Shown: positions 37,170 through 47,935, counted from the stretch's first letter. The stretch: DNA of 64,000 nt from Verrucomicrobiia bacterium (GCA_023953615.1 JAMLJH010000001.1:473360-537359), one strand, 5' to 3'. Notes: generated by a model not told the origin, from the sequence alone. Translations and numbers: made by a program.

Positions 37170-39689
37170 TCACTCGCGCAGGCTGCACTTCAGAATGGAG
37201 CAGAGCGTTTCGGGATCATTCTCGTGACGCAACTGTTCACGAAATTTTTCGTCCATCAAACGCCGCGCCAACTGGGAAAAAATCTTCAAGTGTTCGCGGG
37301 CGGTCCCCGTTTCGCGCATCACCAGCAACAGCACCACGCCCACCGGTTCGCCATCCACGCCTTTCCATTCGACCGGTTCGCGCAGCTTGACCAGAATCAG
37401 CGAATCGAGTTGCACGAAATCCGTCTGGCAGTGTGGAATCGCGAACCCGTGACCAAAACCCGTGGCGTAAACGGATTCGCGCTGCCACAAGGCGGCTTCC
37501 ACCAACCGCGGTTGCGCCGTGCGACCGGTGACATACAACCGGTCAGTCACTTCCTTGATCACCTCTTCCTTGCTGGCGCTGTCCGAATCCACAATCACCA
37601 GATCCGGCCCAAATAACTTGGTCGTGCGACGCGTCGTGGCTTCCGCCAAAATCCGGCGCACTTCAGCAGCGGTGGCGCACGCCAGCGCGCGGGTGGCCAA
37701 CTCGCGGGCCGCGGCGACCGACCATTGCGTCACCTCGGCCTTGATCGGGGCCAACCGCGAGATGGCGACGCTGCTTCGCTCCAAACCAAGCCCCATCAAC
37801 AGCGGCACACATTCGAGCCGGCCGCTCATTTCGCCGCACACGCCAACCGGTTTTCCAGCGGCTTGCGCGGTGGTCGCAATCTGGTGCAGCAAGCGAAGAA
37901 ACGCGGGGTGCAGCGGATCAAAGTGCCGGCTCAACCGTTGATCCGTGCGATCCGCCGCGGCGAAGTATTGCAACAAATCATTCGAGCCGATGCTGAAAAA
38001 ATCCAGTTCCCGTCCCAACGCATCGAGTGAAAAGGCCGCCGCCGGGACTTCGATCATGGCGCCGATGGACATCATCGGGTCCAACCGCACGCCCGCCGAA
38101 CGCAACTGCTCCTGTTCCTCGCGAATGATCCGCCGGGCCCATTGCACCTCCTCCACCAGGCTCACCAGGGGAATCAATAATTTCAACTGACCGAACGCCG
38201 AAGCGCGAATCAGCGCGCGAACCTGGGTGCGAAACAGGGTTTCAAACTCGGGATAAAGTCGCACCGCGCGATAGCCCAGGAACGGATTGCTCTCGACCGG
38301 CAAATTCAGATAAGTCAACGGCTTGTCACCGCCAATGTCCAACGTGCGAATGACCACGGCACGCCCCTCCATCGCCCGCACGGCGCGCTGATATTCAGCG
38401 AACTGTTCGTCTTCCGTCGGCGGCGTGGCTCGATCAAGAAAGAGCATTTCCGTGCGAAACAGGCCAATCTCATCCGCTCCAGCCGAGCGAGCCACCTCGG
38501 CTTCCACGGCGGCGGTGATGTTGGCGCCAACCCGGATCGTGGTGCCATCGGTTGAACGCAATTCCGGGCGCGCAAAACGCCGCAGCCATCTTTGTCGGCC
38601 GGTCAATCGTCGCCGCTCTAATTCATAATAGCGGCGCACCGCACCAGTGATCTCAGTCACCAGCAAACCACATTCGCCATCCAGAATCGCTTCCGTGCCG
38701 AGGCCCGGTTCCTGCCCCAAACTGACCACACCGGTCAAAGTCGGAATGCCAAAGGATCGCGCTAGAATGACCGTGTGCGAAGTTTCGCCGGCCATCCCTA
38801 AAATCAATCCGCGCAGGTGCCGGCGATCCAGACTCAACAACTGATTCGGCGTCAACGCTTCCGCCACCAGAATCGTGGCCTCGGTTAAATTCAACTGCTC
38901 GCTGACCGCCGCCGAACCATAGACTTGTTGCAGCAACTGAAAACATACGTCGTGCAGGTCCAGCACGCGTTCGCGCAACAATGCCTGACCGGTGTGAATG
39001 AGTTGTTTGGAAAAATGCGCTTCAGTCGCCAACACCGCGCCGGCAATGGAACAGGAATCCTTCCGGATGGACTCGTGTAAATACGCCCAGAATTCCGGAT
39101 CCCGCGCCATGGCCCGATGCGCTTTCAGCAGATCACGTCCGAGCGAAGCCTCCTGACGCCGCAGTTGGATTTCGTACTCCGCTCCCAAAGCCGCCAGCGC
39201 CGCATCTAACCGCCGAACCTCAGCCTCCACGTCGACCCCGTTTCGCAGCGGGATGTTTTTTGACAAGTGCAACCCCTGCCCGCGGCGCAAACGGCCGTGA
39301 CCGATGCCGTTCACCACCGGTTTTCCCGGGTGGATTCGCCCGCCCGCCTGGCGCAACAACCGGGGCAGTTCGCCTATTTCGTCCGACATCGTCACCGGCC
39401 CGGGCAGCGAGACATCACAATGCGGAAATTTGTGCTGCAAAAAATGGCGGAGCGCCACCCAGGCCTCATCGGCATCGCGCCCGCCGATCACCAGGCGACA
39501 GCGATCTCCCTGACGGATATCCGCGCCGACGATGGCCAGCACGCTTTTGGCATTGGCGGTGTAACCGGTGCGTTCATTGATGAGACTGGTTTCCGCCGAG
39601 AAATTGCGCGTCACTTCCTCCAAAGCGCTCGCGGGACGGGCATGAATCCCGTTGGGCAACGCGCATTCGAACTGGACTTCGCGGGACAT
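37170..39689 (-). CDS. PTS multiphosphoryl transfer protein: HPr - Enzyme I - EIIA(Fru/Mtl/Ntr type) fusion
   Basis: HPr 'NGIHARPASAL'. EI 'AGETSHTVILARSFGIPT' plus the PEP-utilising C-domain. C-terminal EIIA-2 'GFGHGFAIPHCQTDFV'. ATG at 39689, 6 nt after the IIB stop. Confidence 0.85.
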   Translation of the reverse strand: MSREVQFECALPNGIHARPASALEEVTRNFSAETSLINERTGYTANAKSVLAIVGADIRQGDRCRLVIGGRDADEAWVALRHFLQHKFPHCDVSLPGPVTMSDEIGELPRLLRQAGGRIHPGKPVVNGIGHGRLRRGQGLHLSKNIPLRNGVDVEAEVRRLDAALAALGAEYEIQLRRQEASLGRDLLKAHRAMARDPEFWAYLHESIRKDSCSIAGAVLATEAHFSKQLIHTGQALLRERVLDLHDVCFQLLQQVYGSAAVSEQLNLTEATILVAEALTPNQLLSLDRRHLRGLILGMAGETSHTVILARSFGIPTLTGVVSLGQEPGLGTEAILDGECGLLVTEITGAVRRYYELERRRLTGRQRWLRRFARPELRSTDGTTIRVGANITAAVEAEVARSAGADEIGLFRTEMLFLDRATPPTEDEQFAEYQRAVRAMEGRAVVIRTLDIGGDKPLTYLNLPVESNPFLGYRAVRLYPEFETLFRTQVRALIRASAFGQLKLLIPLVSLVEEVQWARRIIREEQEQLRSAGVRLDPMMSIGAMIEVPAAAFSLDALGRELDFFSIGSNDLLQYFAAADRTDQRLSRHFDPLHPAFLRLLHQIATTAQAAGKPVGVCGEMSGRLECVPLLMGLGLERSSVAISRLAPIKAEVTQWSVAAARELATRALACATAAEVRRILAEATTRRTTKLFGPDLVIVDSDSASKEEVIKEVTDRLYVTGRTAQPRLVEAALWQRESVYATGFGHGFAIPHCQTDFVQLDSLILVKLREPVEWKGVDGEPVGVVLLLVMRETGTAREHLKIFSQLARRLMDEKFREQLRHENDPETLCSILKCSLRE

Positions 39690-39695
39690 GACCAA

Positions 39696-39998
39696 TCAGA
39701 GATTTTGCGCCCGCTGAAAAATGGCTTCGGGATTTTTCAAAGCCGACTGCACCGACACTTCAATTTTGCGAACCTGCTCAAAGCGTTCGGGTTTCTCAAT
39801 CGCAATGTCGGTGGCCAGAATGACCGCGTCCGCCGCGTTGATTTCCTCGGGCTGCAACTCGTTCTCGATTCCCATGGCGCCTTGCGTTTCCACCTTGATG
39901 CTGTGCCCCAACTGGCGCGCGGTCCGCTCGAGTTGTTCCGCCGCCATGTAAGTGTGCGCAATGCCCGTGGGACATGCCGTAACTGCAACAATTTTCAT
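39696..39998 (-). CDS. PTS fructose-family EIIB component (stand-alone)
   Basis: 'MKIVAVTACPTGIAHTYMAAE' carries the phospho-Cys motif. 100 aa from the ATG at 39998; the longer listed ORF reaching 40394 overlaps EIIC. Confidence 0.85.
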   Translation of the reverse strand: MKIVAVTACPTGIAHTYMAAEQLERTARQLGHSIKVETQGAMGIENELQPEEINAADAVILATDIAIEKPERFEQVRKIEVSVQSALKNPEAIFQRAQNL

Positions 39999-40000
39999 TT

Positions 40001-41119
40001 TCAAGCTCCTGCCGGAGTTTCCACCGGCTTTTCCGTTATCCGTTTCAAGGTATTGATACAAAGCGCGGTCACTATCGAGCCGACCAGAATGGCCACGATA
40101 TATGCCAAACGGTTGTCCACCACGGGCAACACAATCGGTCCGCCGTGCGGCGCATGATCGCCAACGCCACTCAACATCGCCACCGTGGCGGCCACCATCG
40201 AACCGATCATGATGGACGGAATGACGCGAAACGGATCGCTCGCGGCAAACGGAATCGCCCCTTCGGTGATTCCCACCAATCCCATCCCGAGCGCGGCCAG
40301 ACCCGCCTCGCGTTGTTCGCCCGCCCACCGCCGCCGACTGATCAAGGTGGCCAATCCCAACCCCAATGGCGGGGTGCAGATGGCCGCGGCACACGCGCCC
40401 ATCACCGCGAAATTACCCTGCTGAATCATGGCCGCGCCAAAAAAGAAGGCCGCTTTGTTGACCGGTCCGCCCATGTCAAAGGCGATCATTGCGCCCAGGA
40501 TCATGGCCAACACCACTTGCGATCCGCCTTGCAGTCCTTCCAAAAAATTCCCCAAGCCGATCATGGTTTTGGCGATGGGCAGGTTGATTCCCAACATCAA
40601 TAATCCAATCGGGACGGTGGCGAGAATCGGAATGATGATGATGGGCATGACCGGGCGCAGCAATTTGGGCGCGGGCAGTTTTTTGATCCAATTAACCACA
40701 TGACCGGCGGCCAGACCAATGACCAGCGCGCCAAGGAATCCCGCGCTGGCACTTTTTTCACCAACCACTTGAGGCAATCCCGCGATGAAGCCGCCCACAA
40801 AGCCCGGCACCAATCCGGGCTTTCCCGCCATGGCGTAGGCAATGAACCCCGCGAGTACCGCCGGGAACAATTGGAATGATTTTTCTCCAATCAACGCAAG
40901 GTCCTGGATCAAGCGCGGCGCCTGGGAAAAATCCGGACGCCCCTGAGCGTCCAGAAGTTGAAACTGAAACACGTAAGCGATCGCCACGGCGATGAGAATT
41001 CCACCACAGGCGATGAAGGGAATCACGTAGGATACCCCGGTCAGCAAGTATTGCTTGTGTTTGCGAAGCGCTTCTTTCACTTTGCGCGACGTGTGCGGTT
41101 GTCGGAAAACCATAGTCAA
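40001..41119 (-). CDS. PTS fructose-family EIIC permease
   Basis: 372-aa polytopic protein with Gly-rich fructose-type EIIC segments ('GGFIAGL', 'FDMGGPVNKAAFFFG'). The stop lies 2 nt before the EIIB start. Confidence 0.8.
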   Translation of the reverse strand: MTMVFRQPHTSRKVKEALRKHKQYLLTGVSYVIPFIACGGILIAVAIAYVFQFQLLDAQGRPDFSQAPRLIQDLALIGEKSFQLFPAVLAGFIAYAMAGKPGLVPGFVGGFIAGLPQVVGEKSASAGFLGALVIGLAAGHVVNWIKKLPAPKLLRPVMPIIIIPILATVPIGLLMLGINLPIAKTMIGLGNFLEGLQGGSQVVLAMILGAMIAFDMGGPVNKAAFFFGAAMIQQGNFAVMGACAAAICTPPLGLGLATLISRRRWAGEQREAGLAALGMGLVGITEGAIPFAASDPFRVIPSIMIGSMVAATVAMLSGVGDHAPHGGPIVLPVVDNRLAYIVAILVGSIVTALCINTLKRITEKPVETPAGA

Positions 41120-41209
41120 GGGAGCAGCGCCAGGTCACAAGCGGAAAGATGTAACTTTTATTGAACTAAAGTATCATTTCCCCCGACAACAGTTCACCCC
41201 CGACCGCGC

Positions 41210-42103
41210 ATGAGTTTGGTCCCTCCGATTTCCTCCTGGCCGGAAGCGCTGTTGCGCCGCCAAAACATCCAGCGCGTTTACGTTTGCGGCCACGAACTCG
41301 AACCACCGCGGCTGAGCCATGTGGTCAACTTTCCCCGCTTGGAAGTTCCGTTGAGTGGCTGTTACGAAAACCAAATTGAAGCGCAGCACCAGGTCGCCAC
41401 CGTCCGCCTGCGCCCGGGAACAGCGCTCTTTGCGCCGCCGAACGGTTGGAATCTGCCCACCTGGCGACAGCCGGTGCAATTGCTCTCCATTTTATTTGGC
41501 AAAAAGCAGATTGGCATCAGCATCGTCAGCTCGCGCAACCCGCGCGCGCCCCGCCTGACCGCGCAAAAATTCTCCCGCCCGCGACCGTTGACCGGCCCCA
41601 TTCCCAAAATTCTGGAAGCCCTGTTGGAACTGCCGATGACGGAACGCACCGCGCCGGCGTTTACCGACCTGTCCCGCGCCTTGTTGCTATGCCTGGGCGA
41701 GAACTATCCGGTCGCCCAAACCCACGCCCTCAGTCCGACCCGGGCCTTGCTGGAGGAAATTTGCGTTTATTTACAAAGCCATTATCAATACGAAGTCACC
41801 CGGGAATCGGTCGCCGAACATTTCAACATTTCGCCCAACTACCTATCCCGCATCTTTCAAGTGCAGGGTCACATGACCTTCAGCCAGTACTTGATGCACG
41901 TCCGCGCGGATCGGGCGAAACACCTTCTACGCACCTACAATCTGAAACTCGGCGAAGTCGCCGCGCGATGCGGCTACCGCGATCTGGCCTATTTCTGTCG
42001 CGTCTTCAAAAAGTTGGCGAAGGTAACTCCGGCAGAATATCGCGGAAGCCAAGCGAAGTTTGCTCATGAAACTGCCGCTGTCTCCGAGTCGTCCAACGTT
42101 TGA
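41210..42103 (+). CDS. AraC-family transcriptional regulator
   Basis: C-terminal double HTH ('VAEHFNISPNYLSRIFQ..' and 'VAARCGYRDLAYFCRVFKKLAKVTPAEYR'). Divergent from the PTS operon. Confidence 0.8.
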   Translation: MSLVPPISSWPEALLRRQNIQRVYVCGHELEPPRLSHVVNFPRLEVPLSGCYENQIEAQHQVATVRLRPGTALFAPPNGWNLPTWRQPVQLLSILFGKKQIGISIVSSRNPRAPRLTAQKFSRPRPLTGPIPKILEALLELPMTERTAPAFTDLSRALLLCLGENYPVAQTHALSPTRALLEEICVYLQSHYQYEVTRESVAEHFNISPNYLSRIFQVQGHMTFSQYLMHVRADRAKHLLRTYNLKLGEVAARCGYRDLAYFCRVFKKLAKVTPAEYRGSQAKFAHETAAVSESSNV

Positions 42104-42224
42104 AATCACCGCCCTTGCAACCCGCGGCCGTCATGACCAGTGGCAAGCAGTGACGACCACGAAGCGGCTCGCTCACGGAGAATGAATTGCCGCTGCCTGA
42201 ACGGATTCGGGGCAGAATTTCAGC

Positions 42225-44738
42225 TTAACTCGAAAGCGCTCCCGCCGTCGGCGCGCTCTGATTGAAGGTCAGCTTTTCCTTATCGCTGCTGACCTGGATC
42301 GGATCACCTTCGTGCAGATGCCCGCGCAAAATCTCCTCGGCCAACGGGTCTTCGAGATAACGCTCGACCGCCCGCCGCATGGGCCGCGCGCCGTATTGCG
42401 GATCGTAACCTTTCTCCACCAGGAAATTTTTGGCCGGGTCGTCCAATTCGATTTTCAGGTTCTTCCCTTTCAATCGCTTCGCCACCTTGCTGATTTCCAG
42501 CTCGAGAATTTGAATCAAGTCCGGACGCGTCAACGTGCGGAACACAATCACATCGTCCAAACGATTCAGGAACTCCGGTCGGAAAACCTTCTTGGATTCG
42601 TCCAGAATGCGTTCCCGCATCTTTTCGTACGTGAACTCATCGGAAACCGGTGAGAAGCCCAGCGTTGCCCCGCGCTTGATCGTGTCCGAACCGACGTTCG
42701 ACGTCATGAGAATGATCGTATTGCGGAAATTGACAATGCGCCCCAGGCTGTCGGTCAGTTTCCCTTCCTCCAAAATCTGCAACAGCATGTTCCACACATC
42801 CGGGTGCGCTTTTTCAATTTCATCAAACAACACCACAGAGTACGGTTTGCGCCGCACTTGTTCGGTTAACTGACCGCCTTCCTCATATCCAACATAACCC
42901 GGAGGCGAACCAACCAGTCGCGACACGTTGAACTTCTCCATGTATTCACTCATGTCGAGTTGAATGAGGGATTTGCCGTCGCCAAACATCTGTTCGGCCA
43001 ACGTGCGCGCAAGCAATGTTTTCCCCACGCCGGTCGGTCCCAGCAACAGGAACGTGCCAATGGGTCGGCGCGGGTCCTTCAAATCGGCCCGTGAACGGCG
43101 GAGCGCTTTGCAAATCGCCGAAACGCCTTCCCGCTGACCGATCACCACCTTCTCCATCTCGTCTTCCACAGCCAGCAGCCGCGCCATTTCATCCTGGCCC
43201 ATGCGTTTCAACGGAATGCCAGTCCACTTGGAAACCACCGTCAAGATGTCTTCCTCATCCACGACCACCCGTTTCTCTTCCCGCGCCGTGCGCCAGTCGG
43301 TCAAAATTTTTTCGAGCTTTTCCTTGGCCTGCTTTTCCTGGTCCCGCACCTTGGCCGCGCCTTCAAAATCCTGATTCTTGATCGCCTTTTCTTTTTGGTT
43401 CTTGAGGGCTTCGATCTCGGTTTCGATATGTTTCACCTCGGGCGGACGCGTCATGGTGCTGATGCGCGCGCGCGAGCCGGCCTCGTCGAGAACGTCAATG
43501 GCCTTGTCCGGCAAAAAGCGATCAGTGATGTAACGGTCGGAAAGTTTGACCGCCGCGGTCACTGCGTCCTCCGTGAATTCGGCTTTGTGATGGTCTTCGT
43601 ACTTCGGCTTCAGACCTTTCAGAATTTCGACCGCGTCCTCCACCGAGGGCGCTTCCACTTTGACCGATTGGAAGCGTCGTTCCAACGCCGCATCCTTCTC
43701 GATGTACTTGCGATACTCGTTCAACGTCGTGGCTCCGACGCATTGCAGCTCGCCACGGCTCAAGGCCGGTTTGATGATGTTCGAGGCATCCATCGTGCCT
43801 TCCGCCGAGCCGGCGCCCACGATTGTGTGCAATTCGTCAATGAACAGAATGATGTTTTTGGCGCGACGAATTTCGTCCATGACCGCCTTGATGCGCTCCT
43901 CGAACTGGCCGCGATATTTTGTGCCGGCGACCATTAACGCGAGGTCCAGCGTCACCACCCGTTTATCCCGTAAAATTTCCGGCACGTTACCCCGCGCAAT
44001 TTCCTGCGCCAATCCTTCCACGATGGCGGTCTTGCCCACGCCAGCTTCTCCCAATAAAACCGGATTGTTCTTGGTGCGGCGGCAAAGAATCTGGATCACG
44101 CGCTCAATTTCGTCCTTTCGGCCGATGACCGGATCCATGTCGCCCTTGCGGGCGATTTCCGTCAAATCGCGCCCGAACGCCTTGAGCGCGGGCGTCTTGA
44201 CTTCGCCCTTCTTTTCCGGAGCGCCGCCCGTGGTCAGCGCAGATTTTTCCGATTCCTCGCCGAGACCGGATTCATCCTGGCCGGTGAAATTCGGATCCAA
44301 CTCCTTCAAAATCTCCTGGCGGGTTTGTTCAATATCCACCTCGAGATTCTTGAGCACACGAGCCGCGACGCCATCACCCTCGCGCAATAATCCGAGTAAA
44401 ATATGTTCCGTGCCGACGTAGGTATGGTTCAGCGCCTTGGCTTCCTTTGAGGCCAGAGCCAGCACTTTTTTTACGCGAGGTGTATAGGGAATGTTCCCGA
44501 TCATTTTTTGATCCGGTCCGGTCCCCACCTGTTTCTCGACCTCCATGCGCACCGTATCCAGATCAAGTCCCATCTTCTCCAGTACGTTGACCGCCACGCC
44601 CTGCCCCAACTTGATCAAGCCCAGCAACAGGTGTTCCGTGCCGACAAAGTTATGGTTGAACCGATCCGCCTCTTTGCGGGCGAGGGCCAAGACCTGTTGC
44701 GCGCGCGGGGTGAAATTGTTCATGGCTTCTTCGCTCAT
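42225..44738 (-). CDS. clpC: ATP-dependent Clp protease ATP-binding subunit ClpC
   Basis: Duplicated Clp_N repeats ('[10 protein letters not shown]', '[10 protein letters not shown]'). Two AAA+ modules ('GEAGVGKT', 'GPTGVGKT'). UVR-like linker. Confidence 0.9.
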   Translation of the reverse strand: MSEEAMNNFTPRAQQVLALARKEADRFNHNFVGTEHLLLGLIKLGQGVAVNVLEKMGLDLDTVRMEVEKQVGTGPDQKMIGNIPYTPRVKKVLALASKEAKALNHTYVGTEHILLGLLREGDGVAARVLKNLEVDIEQTRQEILKELDPNFTGQDESGLGEESEKSALTTGGAPEKKGEVKTPALKAFGRDLTEIARKGDMDPVIGRKDEIERVIQILCRRTKNNPVLLGEAGVGKTAIVEGLAQEIARGNVPEILRDKRVVTLDLALMVAGTKYRGQFEERIKAVMDEIRRAKNIILFIDELHTIVGAGSAEGTMDASNIIKPALSRGELQCVGATTLNEYRKYIEKDAALERRFQSVKVEAPSVEDAVEILKGLKPKYEDHHKAEFTEDAVTAAVKLSDRYITDRFLPDKAIDVLDEAGSRARISTMTRPPEVKHIETEIEALKNQKEKAIKNQDFEGAAKVRDQEKQAKEKLEKILTDWRTAREEKRVVVDEEDILTVVSKWTGIPLKRMGQDEMARLLAVEDEMEKVVIGQREGVSAICKALRRSRADLKDPRRPIGTFLLLGPTGVGKTLLARTLAEQMFGDGKSLIQLDMSEYMEKFNVSRLVGSPPGYVGYEEGGQLTEQVRRKPYSVVLFDEIEKAHPDVWNMLLQILEEGKLTDSLGRIVNFRNTIILMTSNVGSDTIKRGATLGFSPVSDEFTYEKMRERILDESKKVFRPEFLNRLDDVIVFRTLTRPDLIQILELEISKVAKRLKGKNLKIELDDPAKNFLVEKGYDPQYGARPMRRAVERYLEDPLAEEILRGHLHEGDPIQVSSDKEKLTFNQSAPTAGALSS

Positions 44739-44753
44739 AGGTGCTCCAAGTTG

Positions 44754-45869
44754 TTATGCTTTCTCGTTCTTGTCCAATCCCGCGCCGTTTGCCCCGCCTG
44801 ACTTGATGACCGGCCGATTCACGGGTTTCAATTGCTCGCGCAGCATGTCCGCTCGAAGCAGGTCACGTGCCTCGGCAGAAAGCTTGTCCGCATGGGACTT
44901 TTGCAAATGGGCGGGTTGCGTCAAAATGAACAACTCATCCACGATCAAGCCGGCACTGCTTGGAAACAATCGCAACTCCACGCCCAACCGCATCAGCGAC
45001 AGCAGATTCATGGTTTCTTTTGAGGAAATACTGTGCGCATTGGCCAGAATGCCATAGGCGCGACCGATGTGGTTATAGACCATCTTGGCCTTCCGCTCGA
45101 GCAATGTTGCCCGCGCGTTTTCCTCGTGCTCGATAATCTGCGCCAACACTTTTTCCAACCGTTCGACAATGTCCGTTTCCGACTCGCCCAGCGTCATCTG
45201 ATTGGAAACCTGAAAAATATTGCCCAGCGCCTCCGTGCCTTCACCGTACAATCCGCGGACGGCCAGACCCAATTTGTTCACCGAGGTAATGATCGGATTG
45301 ATCTGCTCGGCGAGCACCAATCCCGGCAGATGCAACATTGCGCTGACGCGGATTCCCGTGCCCAGATTGGTTGGACAGGCGGTGAGATAACCCAGTTGGT
45401 TGCTGAACGCGTAATCCAGCTTCTCTTCCAGTTCAGAATCCAATCGGTCCACCAACTGCCACGCCTGCCGGATTTGCAAGCCCGGATGCAGCGCCTGAAT
45501 CCGGAGATGATCCTCTTCGTTGATCATGACCGCCAGGGTTTCGCCAACATTGATCACCAACCCGCTCCCGGCGCTCTTGGCGGCGTGTTCGCGACTGACC
45601 AGATGCCGCTCCACCAGAATCTGCTTATCCAGCGGCGCGAGGTTGTCCATGGTTTCGGAAAACGCGCCCTTCATCTCGGGGAGACTTTCAATCGCCGGCC
45701 GGATGATTTCCAACACGCGCATCCGCTCGGGCTTTTTGGCCCAACCCGGGAACGCCCCGTCCCGAATGTTCCGCGCCAGCCGCACGCGACTCGACAACAC
45801 AATCCGGTCGTGCGGCCCTTTGCGGTGGACGCTTTTCGAGGCTGGCTCTAAAAACTCGTCGAGGTTCAT
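44754..45869 (-). CDS. mcsB: Protein arginine kinase McsB (ATP:guanido phosphotransferase)
   Basis: Signature 'CPTNLGTGIRVSAMLHLPGL' and the family-wide pattern 'SSRVRLARNI..FP'. Confidence 0.85.
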   Translation of the reverse strand: MNLDEFLEPASKSVHRKGPHDRIVLSSRVRLARNIRDGAFPGWAKKPERMRVLEIIRPAIESLPEMKGAFSETMDNLAPLDKQILVERHLVSREHAAKSAGSGLVINVGETLAVMINEEDHLRIQALHPGLQIRQAWQLVDRLDSELEEKLDYAFSNQLGYLTACPTNLGTGIRVSAMLHLPGLVLAEQINPIITSVNKLGLAVRGLYGEGTEALGNIFQVSNQMTLGESETDIVERLEKVLAQIIEHEENARATLLERKAKMVYNHIGRAYGILANAHSISSKETMNLLSLMRLGVELRLFPSSAGLIVDELFILTQPAHLQKSHADKLSAEARDLLRADMLREQLKPVNRPVIKSGGANGAGLDKNEKA

Positions 45870-45873
45870 CGGT

Positions 45874-46383
45874 TCATTTCACGGTGGCGGCGGGCAACGG
45901 CCCTTTCAATCGCTTGATCTCATCACGCAACTGCGCGGCCTGCTCGAAGTTTTCGGCTTCCACCGCTTTTTCGAGTTTCTTTTGCAAGGAGGCCAGTTGC
46001 AGTTCGAAATTGCGTTGCGCGCGCAACCGTTCCGGCACCTTCCCTTTGTGCTGCGTGCGTTTTTGCGTGGACTTGATCAACATTTCCAAGCCTTCCGCAA
46101 ACGTCTGATAACATTCCGGACACCCCAGGCGACCGCTCTTCTTGAAATCCGCCTGCGTGAAGCCGCACTTGGGGCACTTCAGTGTCGCGCCACCCGCCGC
46201 CTGCTCCAACTCTTGCGACGCGCCCAAGCCCAACAACAAATCCGCCAGTGAAAACCCCGAGGGATCATTGACGCCCTTTTCCTTGGCGCACTCTTCGCAC
46301 AAGTCAATCTTGTGCATTTTATCCCCGGTAATTTGGGTTAAATGCACCGTCGCGGTTTTCTCTTTGCAGATGTGACACAGCAT
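45874..46383 (-). CDS. mcsA: McsA-like activator (zinc-ribbon N-terminus plus UVR motif)
   Basis: 'MLCHICKEKTATVHLTQI..DLCEECA' and 'CPKCG..CPECY' are Cys clusters. C-terminal UVR 'LEKAVEAENFEQAAQLRDEIKRLK'. Confidence 0.8.
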   Translation of the reverse strand: MLCHICKEKTATVHLTQITGDKMHKIDLCEECAKEKGVNDPSGFSLADLLLGLGASQELEQAAGGATLKCPKCGFTQADFKKSGRLGCPECYQTFAEGLEMLIKSTQKRTQHKGKVPERLRAQRNFELQLASLQKKLEKAVEAENFEQAAQLRDEIKRLKGPLPAATVK

Positions 46384-46401
46384 AACGATCAACCTCTGAT
46401 T

Positions 46402-47268
46402 CTATATTGGCTCGCCGGTGGAATTCGTCAAGTTGCGGTAACTGGCCACCAACTTCCGGGTCCAGCGCCCCGGTTTGCCGTTTCCAATCACCCGTCCGTC
46501 AATCTTGACCACGGGCATGATTTCCGCCCCGGAACCGGTCAGAAAACATTCATCGGCATTAAACAAATCGTACCGCGTGAGATTGGGTTCACCCACTTGC
46601 ATGCCGGCCGCGGCGGCCAGATCCATCACCGTCTTGCGGGTGATGCCGTACAACGCGCCCGCCGCGAGCGGCGGCGTCAATAACGCGCCGGCCTTCACGA
46701 TGAACAAGTTGTCCGCCGTGCCTTCCGCGACGTAACCCTCCGCATTCAACATCACCGCCTCTTCCACGCCCGCGTTATTCGCCTCGATCTTGGCGAGGAT
46801 ATTGTTCAAGTAATTCAGCGACTTGATGGCGGGATTCAACGCGCTGTGCAGATTGCGCGTGGTTGGCACCGTGACGATGTCCATGCCCTTGGCGTACAAC
46901 TCCGGTGGGTACACCTGAATTTTTCCGGCGATGATGATCACCACTGGCCGTTTGCACTTTCGCGGATTCAACCCCAGCGTGCCGACGCCCCGGGTCACCA
47001 CTAACCGAATGTAGCCATCGCGCACTTTGTTTTTGCGGCAGGCCGCCAGCGTCGCCTGCATCAATTCCGCGTGGGACATCGGAATGTCCAGCAGAATTGC
47101 CTTCGCCGAGTAGAACAGCCGGTCAATGTGCTCCTTCAACTTGAAGACGCGTCCGTTGTAGGCCCGGATGCCCTCAAAAATTCCGTCGCCATAAAGCAGT
47201 CCGTGATCGAACACCGATACGGTTGCCTTGTGTTCGTCATAGTATTTTCCATCAATAAAAACTTTCAT
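46402..47268 (-). CDS. ilvE: Branched-chain amino acid aminotransferase (fold type IV)
   Basis: 'VSVFDHGLLYGDGIFEGIRAYNGRVFKLKEHIDRL', 'VTVPTTR', 'AKIEANNAGVEEAVMLN'. Start placed at the ATG at 47268. Confidence 0.85.
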   Translation of the reverse strand: MKVFIDGKYYDEHKATVSVFDHGLLYGDGIFEGIRAYNGRVFKLKEHIDRLFYSAKAILLDIPMSHAELMQATLAACRKNKVRDGYIRLVVTRGVGTLGLNPRKCKRPVVIIIAGKIQVYPPELYAKGMDIVTVPTTRNLHSALNPAIKSLNYLNNILAKIEANNAGVEEAVMLNAEGYVAEGTADNLFIVKAGALLTPPLAAGALYGITRKTVMDLAAAAGMQVGEPNLTRYDLFNADECFLTGSGAEIMPVVKIDGRVIGNGKPGRWTRKLVASYRNLTNSTGEPI

Positions 47269-47446
47269 CTTTATGTCTTGCACACTAGAAAAAAGCTCCC
47301 GGCAGCGCAATCGAACAATCTTGCGCGCCAGATGCGCCGCGACGCGGGCGGATTTGGTTTTTTCTTCCTAATCCCGGGCGAACGCCTAAAATCTCCATCC
47401 GCAACGGCCTTGCGGCCAGTGGTTGCGGTCATCCCCGCGAAAAATT

Positions 47447-47935
47447 ATGAGCCATCCTGTAGTAAGCATTTTAATGGGCAGCGATTCCGACTGGCCCATC
47501 ATGAAAGCCTCCGCCGAAGCACTGAAAGAATTCGGATTGGAAGCGGAAGCCAAAGTCATCTCCGCCCATCGCGATCCGCATGGCTTGGAAGCATACGTCC
47601 AGCAAGCTCCGGCTCGCGGACTGCGCGTGTTCATCTGTGGCGCCGGCGGCGCGGCGCATCTCGCCGGAGTCACGGCCGCGTTCACCACCCTGCCCGTCAT
47701 CGGCGTGCCGATTCTCGGTAAATCCACGGAGGGATTGGACGCCCTGCTCTCCATGGTCCAGATGCCGCCCGGAGTCCCCGTCGCCACCGTCGCCATCAAC
47801 GGCGCGCGCAACGCTGGAGTCCTCGCCGCCCAAATCCTGGCCGTCGCGGATCCGCGGTTGCAGCAGGAATTACAACAATTCAAAGTGCGCTTGATGGAAG
47901 CCTCGCGCGCGAAAAATAAAAACCTCACCCCTTAA
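47447..47935 (+). CDS. purE: 5-(carboxyamino)imidazole ribonucleotide mutase PurE
   Basis: 'VSILMGSDSDWPIM', 'VISAHRDP', 'FICGAGGAAHLAGV.AA.T.LPVIGVP'. Confidence 0.9.
   Translation: MSHPVVSILMGSDSDWPIMKASAEALKEFGLEAEAKVISAHRDPHGLEAYVQQAPARGLRVFICGAGGAAHLAGVTAAFTTLPVIGVPILGKSTEGLDALLSMVQMPPGVPVATVAINGARNAGVLAAQILAVADPRLQQELQQFKVRLMEASRAKNKNLTP

Noticed and set aside
39999-40394. Upstream extension of the EIIB ORF (listed as 39696..40394).
   Set aside because: The extension is an out-of-frame overlap of the EIIC gene with Arg/Gly-rich nonsense. The ATG at 39998 gives the canonical 'MKIVAVTACPTG' EIIB N-terminus.
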